Shown piece after piece: positions 54,087-64,000 of a stretch of 64,000 nt of DNA (its first letter is position 1; every line of letters begins with the position of its first letter). Origin of the DNA: Spironucleus salmonicida (Eukaryota); NCBI RefSeq assembly GCF_000497125.1, contig NC_090601.1:1302001-1366000 (forward strand), given 5' to 3'. A program made the translations under genes and the position numbers. The notes under the pieces were generated by a model. That model was not told the DNA's origin. It was given only the letters and a program-made list of their open reading frames with translations, and did not search any database.

Positions 54087-54302
54087 AAGCAGCACAATCA
54101 GCGCCTAACTTTTACCCAAGAAATGTACCGCATTCTAGTGCCAGTTATGCATTCTGGACGCGTTTTAAGCCATTTTCACGCGTAACGCCACGCCAAAACA
54201 ACATTTTCACGATATTATCAGCACCATGACCTTTAAAACGCTCAAACTGGCCAGTCAGGCTCTCCTGCGGGCGTTACTGGCGCCAGCTTCCGGTACTGCT
54301 TC
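54087..54302 (-). ncRNA. Candidate RNase P/MRP-like RNA (~216 nt)
   Basis: Nested helices in RNase P order: terminal AAGCAGUAC/GUGCUGCUU, P3-like hairpin, GGAGAGCCUGAC pairing with GUUAGGC as a pseudoknot, GCCAGUU/AACUGGC, GCGUUUUAA/UUAAAACGC; followed by a U-run; only a 20-codon ORF. Confidence 0.45.
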
Positions 54303-54304
54303 AT

Positions 54305-54380
54305 TTTAAATAGTGGAGTGGAATTAATATATTTTATATATAATAATGATAATAAAAATAAAATATTTTTCCGCTCCTTT
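54305..54380. promoter_or_regulatory. Putative bidirectional promoter (AT-rich core flanked by outward C-rich motifs)
   Basis: Minus strand TTCCACTCCACTATTTAAA and plus strand TTTTTCCGCTCCTTT on either side of an AT tract. Confidence 0.45.
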
Positions 54381-54388
54381 ACAACGTC

Positions 54389-54559
54389 GCGATTCGGTAC
54401 TGAATTTCTGGGCAGCGGCGCCGCGTTTTGCGCGAATTTGAGGGCCTGTGGCAGAGAGCGTTTGTGCAAAATTCATGTCAGTCGCACTGCTTTGCTTGAG
54501 CTCGCTGGGTAAGAATAGCAGGGGCTAGCTGGTGCATTTGGGGGCGGTTCAAGCGTAGA
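54389..54559 (+). ncRNA. Candidate structured ncRNA with two long hairpins
   Basis: GCGAUU/AGUCGC (54389-94/54480-85), UGAAUUU/AAAUUCA (54401-07/54469-75), GCUUGAGC/GUUCAAGC (54494-501/54547-54); many G-U pairs only on this strand; no credible ORF. Confidence 0.3.
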
Positions 54560-54875
54560 TACGATGGCAAAATTACGGTGTTAGCTCTGTTTCGAATATT
54601 AGTATTAAATATATATAATAATCATAATTAAAATATTCTGAGTATCAAGTACACACGGGTTTAATTTCTTTGTTTTGATTCGATATCAGCGTGCAAGATG
54701 GCCATTTTGGTTATATTGTGTGTTGAAGGCATGTTTAGCGTAGTGAAAATATTTTTTTGATATTTTTTAGCATTTCTAAGGCGCTTTACGTTATAGAAAC
54801 CGTTTCTACTCTGTACAAATAATAACTTCATTATAATATATTAATCGATATCATTAATATTAAAACGTTTTTATC

Positions 54876-56435
54876 TCAATCACATTTACTCACCACAAGC
54901 ACGCCGTTGCGCTCCACCAGCCGGCGCCCCCAGATGAGCAGCACGGCGAGACACACCAGGAACTGCTCGCCCCCGGAGTAGGCGAACTCCCACTGGAGAG
55001 AAATAGCCTCGGCCGGGAGCAGGACCAGCGTCTAGAAACCACTGAGCAGGTGCCGGACATACAGCTCGGAGCTTCGCGTATAATAGCTCTGGATGCTTTG
55101 GAAGTTCGCGGAATCGGAGCTTCCTGTTGGTCCGAACCCTCCAACGAAGGTGCTTGCAGCGACTGCATCGTACAGGGCCGCCTGATATGCCAGGAGCTCT
55201 CCGTTGGAGTAGTTGGAGTGAACTAAGAGTGTATCCGTGTTGTGCACGTAAGTCTCTAGGTCAGGAGCAAAGTTGGGCGCGAATCCAGGCGAGATACGCG
55301 TCGTTGCGAGGCTGCCGTGGAGGCTGCAGATCTCGGCAATGAGCGTCTAGATGATCTCCCCGTAGTACTGGTTTTGCTCCTCTACGTCCCGCTACTCCTC
55401 AATAATGTCGCGGAGGTGAGTTTGCTGGGTTTGCATCTGCTGGGAACTGGTCTGCATGTCTTCAATGTACTCATTTAGGCTTACCACTTGGTCCTGGAGG
55501 GCTTCGATACGATCATTGGCAAGCTATAGCTTCACCTCGTTTGTTTGGACGTGCAGCCTGCCAGTGTGCATTTTCGTGAAGCGCTGTAGTTCAGCAGACT
55601 TCCGGCCCGGACAGGGCACCTTTGCCTTGCGGACGATACTCTGAAGAAAAATCTTCCTGTCCTCGAGTCCCACTGTAGTTTCAAGTACTTTACACTGATC
55701 ATCTCGCGCCTGCAGCGACTTCTTGAGGAATGAAACCTCATCACTTTCCCGGAAGGAAATACCTTGTTAGGAGAGGGTCTTTATGCGGTTGTACTATTGT
55801 ATATATAGTGTAAGGTCCTTATCCAATTAGTTATTTTGCTAACGTATCGTAGCCAGCTAGGCCTCATAATCCTTGGATACCATATCGTCGTGACTGGCTT
55901 TTAATGACCTAAGATGGTCAAGCAGGGCATCCGGTGTTACAAAAGAAAGCTGAAAAAGCTGTGCTATCTCCTTTATAGCACGCCGATACTAAGACTGTCC
56001 GTTGCCGTCAACCTGGACCCCGGCATCTTAATAGGTGGTCGTAGATCGCTGGTTATGCTTTACTAGAAACTCTGTCGAAAAGTCTAGTAAGAACAAAACG
56101 TTCTTATCGGCTGAAAGTTTTTTGAAGTTAATGTGCTGCAGCCCCTGACACAGCTCAACGAAGGTAGAACTACTGACCTCGGCAGTAACCAAATCGATAA
56201 GGTTCTTCAATGCAGGTCTTCTACACGCGCAGCATTTTCTGAGCGGCGGAACCTGGACTGTACCGATGGGGAGGTCAAACTCAAAAGTGCACGGGAAGGC
56301 TCTTTCCTGTATGATTGTTCGTAAGTTGACGATGAATGCTTTGATCTCTAGAACCAGCAGCTACTTGCACGAGTCACATATGTCCTGGGCCCTAAGATAA
56401 AATAGCCGTTGGGAGACATGGCCAGTAAGTGTCAT
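54876..56435 (-). CDS. Coiled-coil protein with N-terminal Cys cluster and possible kinesin-14-neck-like segment (~519 aa)
   Basis: Joins track ORFs 56028-56210 and 55032-55247; CDSC...CCACR, long coil, LIAEICSLHGSLATTRISP. Confidence 0.7.
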
Positions 56436-56513
56436 CTTTTGTAAGCCCAATAATATACTGGATATTAGTTTCTAGTGAATACCAGAGAATACAGTTCCCT
56501 CCAAATAAATCGA

Positions 56514-58733
56514 ATGGAGTTCACCTTCGAACCATGCAAGGCTACCCAGACGGACTAGGCATTACAAAATTGCGCTTTCCTCAATACTTCAGATTATAAG
56601 ATCTGCTGCGACAAGGTGCAGACAGTACCGCTCTACTTGCAGGCAAATGGTATTGTCATGCTGTGTCAGCCGTTACCGGAGGTCAAGGCTGGCTACATTA
56701 TGCTCAATGCACAGCTTAGGACGCATGCTAGAATATCTCTGATTTCTAAGGCTGCGTTCATGGCCTTCATTTCATCCTAATAGAATTACCTAGAGTCAGT
56801 TTAGTTCACCGTGGCCCCAAAGAAGACTCTTACCAATATTGATTCTGATGAACTCTTTAATATCGTGAAGCAGTCCTTCAATAACCGATATTTCTACCCA
56901 GGTGCGATTTACTACACAGACTACCAGGGCACCACTCTTGAGATGTCACCCAAGTAGGAAGGTATCCTCAATTCATTTACCTAGATCAGTTTTTCCCCTG
57001 CCCCTGCTGCAAAAAAGTTAATACTATCGGGGTCCCACGTTGATGGAACTACAGTTGGACAGAGCGCCTTATCAGACGCCTTCAAGAAAATGGCAAAATC
57101 AGAGATAGAGGGAGGCGACTAATCGGAAAATGAGATCGACATCCAGTCTATTGGTATTGGAGGCCTCAACGCCCAGTTTACGTAGATCTTCCGTAGGGCC
57201 TTTGTGTCGCGCATGTTCCCGCCCCATCTTGTGCGCAAATACGACCTGTAGCATGTTCGTGGTATTTTACTATTTGGTCCTCCGGGTACTGGGAAGACCT
57301 TGATAGCACGAAAAATAGGCCAGTTGCTGAACACGAAAGAGCCAAAGATAGTATCAGGGCCAGAGATACTCGACATGTATGTAGGAAACTCTGAGGCTAA
57401 CATCAGAAAACTGTTTGCCGATGCTGAAAAGGACTGGAAGGAACTAGGCGACGAATCTGAGCTACATCTTATTGTGATGGATGAACTCGATGCCATCTGC
57501 AAACAACGTGGATCCCGTGGAGATTCTACCGGCACGTACGACTCGATAGTGAATTAGCTTCTTGCGAAAATGGATGGGGTGGACTCCCTCGGTAACATCT
57601 TAGTGGTCGGTATGACCAATAGAAAGGACTTGATAGACAGTGCGCTATTACGTCCAGGTCGTTTCGAGGTGCATGTGGAAATCCATCTTCCAGATCTCCA
57701 GGGCCGTCACCAAATTTTACTTATCCATACTAAGACTCTGAATGACAATGAGGCTCTGGGGGTTGATGTAGATCTGTTGGATATTGCAGGACGCGCCCAG
57801 AATTTTTCTGGATCAGAGATTGCAGGGCTGGTGCGTTCAGCTTAATCCTTCGCTATGTCGCGCGTGGTATCAGGGCAACTTCTAATCCAAGGCAAGAACG
57901 CCGAGCCAACTGCATTCACAGTTACCCAGGCTGACTTCGTGCGCGCACTCGGAGAGGTGCATGCTGGATTCGGAAGATGTGATCCTTCGTTGTTCGAGTA
58001 GATTCAGTAGTTCAATTTTCTACCGCTTACGGCTTCTGCCCAGATATTAGAAACCATCCAACAGAAAATCACGGCATCTTAGAATGCGCACATTCACTTA
58101 TCTACACTTATCCTTACCAGTTTCGCACCCGGAACCGGTAAGTCTTCCATCCTAGCATAACTTTGTAAGGAGACAAAAATAGAGTTCATCAAGTTCATTT
58201 CGGCAGATTCACTCATTCGGCAGGCATCTACAGAGTAGTAGCGGGCGGCGATAATCGCCCAAGCGTTTGATGACGCAAACCGAGTACCTGAAGCTCTTAT
58301 AGTACTAGACGGGATTGAACAAATCGTCTAGTTTGCGCCATCTGGAATGCGTTATAGCAATGTTATCCTACAAACTATCCTCCCACTACTAAAGAACCCC
58401 AGAAATGGCCGTGTTTTTGTACTGGCCAGCACAAATTGCATGGCTGGAATGAGCGACCTAGGAGTACTGGACTGCTTTATTAACCGACTATCTGTTGGAA
58501 CCATGGATCTTCCTTCTATGCAGGAGGTAGTCAGAGAGTGGTGTATGGCGAAGAATTTGATATTCTAGGGTAACCTGTAACAGTTCCAAGGCTTTCTAAA
58601 AAGATAAGAGGCTGGTATCGAGATTAGCCTAAACCAACTTCTGTTCGCTTTGGAATATGCCCGAGGGAGCAGCGAGGGAGCAAATCTGATTGCGGAAGAC
58701 CTAGAAAAATAACTGGATGATACTGGGATCTGA
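56514..58733 (+). CDS. NSF: Vesicle-fusing AAA+ ATPase NSF/Sec18 (~739 aa), copy 1
   Basis: [93 protein letters not shown]. Confidence 0.95.
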
Positions 58734-59122
58734 GTGACGACTATAGCTCACTTCACAGTGTCAAAAGCGTGGTAACGACTCCAATGAACACTAGAACTAC
58801 TCCCATAGCTACATATGCGCTATTGAAACATATGTATAGAATCCGCTAGAGGCGGCTGCTGCTCTCTATTCCACTACGAAGTCCCAAAAGCCCAGGGAAG
58901 ATGATCACCAGGGGAACTCCGGCCAGAGCACTCACCATATCCAGGATCAAGATTATCTCGGTAAGGAAACTGGCTATGAGACCTACGGTTAGACTTGTAC
59001 AGATGGCGAAAGTCGCGTTCAGGCGATAAGTCCTAGGGTTAACACCATAGATCATATGCTCCAGACATTCCCTGAAGCAGAAGCACAGCAGCGGGTACGA
59101 GCAGATCATTACTATCATGATA
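57057..59122. repeat. Left arm of inverted repeat (true start probably further left; pairs with 61935-64000)
   Basis: Position x pairs with 121057-x; five track ORF pairs translate identically over the shared span; first mismatch at 59123/61934. Confidence 0.95.
58753..59118 (-). pseudogene. Duplicated 3' third (~121 aa) of the 61000-62304 transporter
   Basis: Identical to 61939-62304; lacks the N-terminal two-thirds; begins at a Met codon at the repeat boundary. Confidence 0.75.
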
Positions 59123-59151
59123 AAAGAATTAAGGTAATCATTAATAATCGC

Positions 59152-60861
59152 TCACATATAGACATTCTAACCATTATAATTAAAAACAACACGCTATCTA
59201 CCACCTTATTGCTAGCCCTATTATTATCCACCATTAAAAAATTAAAAAGGATCAAATCCACCAAAATCTTAGCCTTAGCCTTAAGAACGTTATTATTATC
59301 TATAAAACATTTACTGTGCTAATTATTTTCTCTGTTGGTGATATTATTCTGCACTTTAACGTTCTTATGCATTATGCTGTCCTTAGTTATAAATTGTTCT
59401 TTTCTTAGGATCACTAATGATATCATAAGCATCTGCAATACGTTAGAACTACCTAGCTAATGATTTCTTTTCTTCCTCAGTAGTGTTTTTAGCAACCATA
59501 TCAGGATGATATTTTCTAGCCATTTTAAAATACGATTTCCTAATATCAGAGTCAGAAGATTATCTAGACACATTAAGTATTTTATAAATATCTGGATTAA
59601 GGGTCTTCATATGATAATTAAATACAGAGTCTGATAGTTTATTAAGATCAGTGATAAACTGTTACATATGAGGGAAAGAGTTATCATTAACTTTTAATTT
59701 ATAGGCATCTCTTAATAAAGCATAAACGAAATTTATCTTTTTATCAGCTTCACCAGTTAATATCCCGAAATCTTCTTTCTTTTAATATGCAGAAACGATA
59801 CTTTTAAGATTTATGTCTAATTCAAAATAGTATAAAATTGCTTTAATATACTTTTAATGTGGGGTATCTGATGGAAGATCTTCAACTATAATTTATGAGG
59901 TGCCTGAACTAATTAAATTAATAATATCAATAAGGGAATCAACTTAATTCTAAACTTTATATTGCATATTTTCAAAATTAAGAACGGGAATAAGCTCCTC
60001 ATCAATATTAAATATTTTGCTAGTTAAAAATTAGATTCTAGTATTGAGACTAGTAAATAATTTTTGTGGATAAGCTTAAATCTTCTTAACTTTTTTTAGC
60101 AATGGCGATAATGTATCTGCACTAAGCTTTTACGTAGGTGCAAATTTTTCAATTTCAGCACTTAATTCTTTCAAAACCTTAGCTATTTTATAAAAATTGG
60201 TATATATGGACTCATCTGGTTAACTTCTACTCGCTCTAATTGCAACTTTTTCAAGATTATCATAATTTCCTATGCTACTATCTCTTAAAAGTTCAAATAT
60301 ATCGCTTAGCTGGGAACATTCTTATCTTTTATCTTAAAATACAATTTTTAGTCGGTCTGTCACATCTTTACATTAAGCAAATTACTACTATTCTAAAAGA
60401 ACTGTAATAACCTTAAGCTAGATTTCCGGATCCCTACTACATTTTTAAGCAAAATTGATTAAGTCATCATTAGAATATCCACCTTAAAGCAATATTTTTC
60501 TATCCTTTGTCATCTATTACAAAAAAGAATAGTGCCAATTGCTTTAAAACATAGAGCTCGTAAATTCTTTGTAACAGTTAAGTTAACAATTGCTTTAACA
60601 TATTTCAAAAAGCTTCTCTTAAGATCTAATTTTAAGATTTTAAGATTATGTCTACTTTATTACCTTAACAAAGTCTGAAATAGCTGGTTTTGGTTAGTGT
60701 AATGCTGCCTTTGCAGTACCTCTGAAAAATAGATTAGTCGGAGAGAGTTTATCGGATTTTTCAGCAATATCAAATTATTTAATAGCTTCCGGGTAATTCT
60801 TAGATTTCATTGCCTGTTCTGCGCGTTCTAGTGCAGTGACTTAAAGGAATATCACTAACAT
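59152..60861 (-). CDS. TPR + DnaJ co-chaperone, DNAJC3/P58IPK-like (~569 aa)
   Basis: Short hydrophobic N-term, TPR (AIKQFDIA...LFFRGTAKAAL...AISDFVKVI), J domain DIYKILNV...IRKSYFKMARKYHPD...IADAYDIISDPKKR, G/F/Q-rich tail; stop ATG TGA. Confidence 0.8.
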
Positions 60862-60999
60862 GATGATAAATGACGAAATGGAGGTGATACTAATGATGTA
60901 ATTTAAATTATATAATAATTATTCTATAAAAACAAAATATCCATAGAAAACTTTACTAAATATAAAGTATTATAATGAGTTTATAGAAAATTGTATAAA

Positions 61000-62304
61000 A
61001 TGAATTAAAAAGCATTTGAGCAAACTTTAGTAGAAAATTATAGGAAAGCAGAGGAATATTTTCTATTAGATAAATTTAAATAACTGAAATAAACACCTCC
61101 ATTTTCAGCTGGTATTGTCTCGTCAGCTATTAATTTAACTAATACTATTTTAGGTGCTGGAATACTTACGATCCCATTCTCATTTTAAAGTACAGGATAT
61201 GGGTTTGGAGTTACTGTATAAATAATATTTGCGATATTTGCTCACATTTCATTTATGATGCTTGCATAAGCTGGAAAAGATACTAAATCATTTAATTATT
61301 AAACTGTTATTACGTCCCTGTTAGGTAAACCATTAGGATGGATATCTGGAGTTTGTATACTACTTTTCACATTTTGGGTATTAGTATCATTTTGTGTAAT
61401 TATGTAAGAAAATATGTTCTTTTTTGTAGGATCAAAACATCAACATCTTTACTCCGTTTTAACAATGTGGTGTATATTAATTTTTCTTATTACCCCATTA
61501 ACACTATTCCCAAATTTAAATACATTATGGATGACATCTTTTTTGGCAATAGCTTGTGTTGTTTATATTATTATTTGCCTTGCCGTGTTTCTATTTAAAT
61601 AATATAATGGGACTATGTTTTTCCCTAAACACGAAACTCCAGTAGTTATGGCAAAGCTTAGCCCAAACTTTTTAGCTGCAATTCCAACATTCGCTCTATG
61701 TTACGCCGGACATTTTAATGTTTTTAATGTTCATAATGAGGTTAAATATTAATCTATTAAATCAATGAGATATGTGTCATTATTAACATGTACTACCATA
61801 CTTATTATAAATTTATCTATTGGCACTTTAGGTTATTTCATGTTTACAAATACTATCCTAGGAGATTTATTAGCAACGCTAGGTACTCTACCTAAATCTC
61901 AATACTCTATTTATGCATTCATTTGTAATATTTGTATCATGATAGTAATGATCTGCTCGTACCCGCTGCTGTGCTTCTGCTTCAGGGAATGTCTGGAGCA
62001 TATGATCTATGGTGTTAACCCTAGGACTTATCGCCTGAACGCGACTTTCGCCATCTGTACAAGTCTAACCGTAGGTCTCATAGCCAGTTTCCTTACCGAG
62101 ATAATCTTGATCCTGGATATGGTGAGTGCTCTGGCCGGAGTTCCCCTGGTGATCATCTTCCCTGGGCTTTTGGGACTTCGTAGTGGAATAGAGAGCAGCA
62201 GCCGCCTCTAGCGGATTCTATACATATGTTTCAATAGCGCATATGTAGCTATGGGAGTAGTTCTAGTGTTCATTGGAGTCGTTACCACGCTTTTGACACT
62301 GTGA
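61000..62304 (+). CDS. Amino-acid transporter (Aa_trans, SLC38/AVT-like, ~434 aa)
   Basis: SSAINLTNTILGAGILTIPF, AIPTFALCYAGHFNV, SYPLL.F..RE; joins track ORFs 61414-61602 and 61765-62211. Confidence 0.9.
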
Positions 62305-64000
62305 AGTGAGCTATAGTCGTCACTCAGATCCCAGTATCATCCAGTTATTTTTCTAGGTCTTCCGCAATCAGATTTGCTCCCTCGCTGCTCCCTCGGGCAT
62401 ATTCCAAAGCGAACAGAAGTTGGTTTAGGCTAATCTCGATACCAGCCTCTTATCTTTTTAGAAAGCCTTGGAACTGTTACAGGTTACCCTAGAATATCAA
62501 ATTCTTCGCCATACACCACTCTCTGACTACCTCCTGCATAGAAGGAAGATCCATGGTTCCAACAGATAGTCGGTTAATAAAGCAGTCCAGTACTCCTAGG
62601 TCGCTCATTCCAGCCATGCAATTTGTGCTGGCCAGTACAAAAACACGGCCATTTCTGGGGTTCTTTAGTAGTGGGAGGATAGTTTGTAGGATAACATTGC
62701 TATAACGCATTCCAGATGGCGCAAACTAGACGATTTGTTCAATCCCGTCTAGTACTATAAGAGCTTCAGGTACTCGGTTTGCGTCATCAAACGCTTGGGC
62801 GATTATCGCCGCCCGCTACTACTCTGTAGATGCCTGCCGAATGAGTGAATCTGCCGAAATGAACTTGATGAACTCTATTTTTGTCTCCTTACAAAGTTAT
62901 GCTAGGATGGAAGACTTACCGGTTCCGGGTGCGAAACTGGTAAGGATAAGTGTAGATAAGTGAATGTGCGCATTCTAAGATGCCGTGATTTTCTGTTGGA
63001 TGGTTTCTAATATCTGGGCAGAAGCCGTAAGCGGTAGAAAATTGAACTACTGAATCTACTCGAACAACGAAGGATCACATCTTCCGAATCCAGCATGCAC
63101 CTCTCCGAGTGCGCGCACGAAGTCAGCCTGGGTAACTGTGAATGCAGTTGGCTCGGCGTTCTTGCCTTGGATTAGAAGTTGCCCTGATACCACGCGCGAC
63201 ATAGCGAAGGATTAAGCTGAACGCACCAGCCCTGCAATCTCTGATCCAGAAAAATTCTGGGCGCGTCCTGCAATATCCAACAGATCTACATCAACCCCCA
63301 GAGCCTCATTGTCATTCAGAGTCTTAGTATGGATAAGTAAAATTTGGTGACGGCCCTGGAGATCTGGAAGATGGATTTCCACATGCACCTCGAAACGACC
63401 TGGACGTAATAGCGCACTGTCTATCAAGTCCTTTCTATTGGTCATACCGACCACTAAGATGTTACCGAGGGAGTCCACCCCATCCATTTTCGCAAGAAGC
63501 TAATTCACTATCGAGTCGTACGTGCCGGTAGAATCTCCACGGGATCCACGTTGTTTGCAGATGGCATCGAGTTCATCCATCACAATAAGATGTAGCTCAG
63601 ATTCGTCGCCTAGTTCCTTCCAGTCCTTTTCAGCATCGGCAAACAGTTTTCTGATGTTAGCCTCAGAGTTTCCTACATACATGTCGAGTATCTCTGGCCC
63701 TGATACTATCTTTGGCTCTTTCGTGTTCAGCAACTGGCCTATTTTTCGTGCTATCAAGGTCTTCCCAGTACCCGGAGGACCAAATAGTAAAATACCACGA
63801 ACATGCTACAGGTCGTATTTGCGCACAAGATGGGGCGGGAACATGCGCGACACAAAGGCCCTACGGAAGATCTACGTAAACTGGGCGTTGAGGCCTCCAA
63901 TACCAATAGACTGGATGTCGATCTCATTTTCCGATTAGTCGCCTCCCTCTATCTCTGATTTTGCCATTTTCTTGAAGGCGTCTGATAAGGCGCTCTGTCC
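61935..64000. repeat. Right arm of inverted repeat (continues beyond window)
   Basis: Reverse complement of 57057-59122. Confidence 0.95.
62324..64000 (-). CDS. NSF: NSF/Sec18 copy 2 (5' part outside window)
   Basis: Reverse complement of 57057-58733. Confidence 0.9.

Noticed and set aside
54242-54512. Track ORFs 54242-54469(-) and 54318-54512(+)
   Set aside because: Non-ATG starts, and both run through the AT-rich promoter-like tract; base-pairing explains the GC content better.
54500-54530. SRP RNA helix 8 (CUGG...AGCAG)
   Set aside because: Lacks CAGG and a GNRA loop at the right spacing, and no helix 6 GNAR loop is visible.
57119-57535. 138-aa antisense ORF (and its mirror 63522-63938)
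   Set aside because: Antisense to the conserved NSF D1 domain; no independent support.
58753-60861. DNAJC3-transporter chimeric fusion gene
   Set aside because: The two are in the same frame but separated by a TGA at 59152-59154 after a normal-looking G/F/Q-rich tail; fusion would need readthrough.
1-64000. Mass pseudogenisation suggested by fragmented ORFs
   Set aside because: Interruptions are TAA/TAG and fall at Gln positions where alignable; genes are intact under code 6.

Overview
Intron-less, extremely compact eukaryotic (protist) DNA that uses the non-standard code TAA/TAG=Gln with TGA as the only stop. The supplied standard-code ORF track therefore fragments almost every gene, and I re-translated by hand. 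Code, gene density, cyst-wall-protein-like and 'protein 21.1'-like genes, AGTGA stop contexts and C-rich promoter motifs point to a hexamitid diplomonad, most likely Spironucleus (inference, not searched). About 38 CDS were called, including MSH6, NOT3/5, MORN5, Trm8/METTL1, a Qb-SNARE, two MFS and two SLC38/AVT-like transporters, a PQ-loop transporter, DNAJC3/P58IPK-like and two NSF copies. Most notable: (1) an outer-arm beta dynein heavy chain that stops cleanly after AAA1 (~2296 aa, half a motor); (2) a >=2 kb apparently identical inverted repeat around a 2.8 kb potentially invertible cassette, with a GC step inside a gene exactly at a palindromic breakpoint; (3) a GC-rich non-coding island holding a candidate RNase P/MRP-like RNA and a second divergent structured RNA; (4) a tail-anchored protein with ~77 copies of an 11-aa repeat whose convergent neighbour is a repeat-less paralog; (5) a multi-TM lipase-like protein with GHHFG in place of GHSLG. 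Coordinates come from manual frame-following; the longest ORFs were spot-checked rather than read codon by codon.
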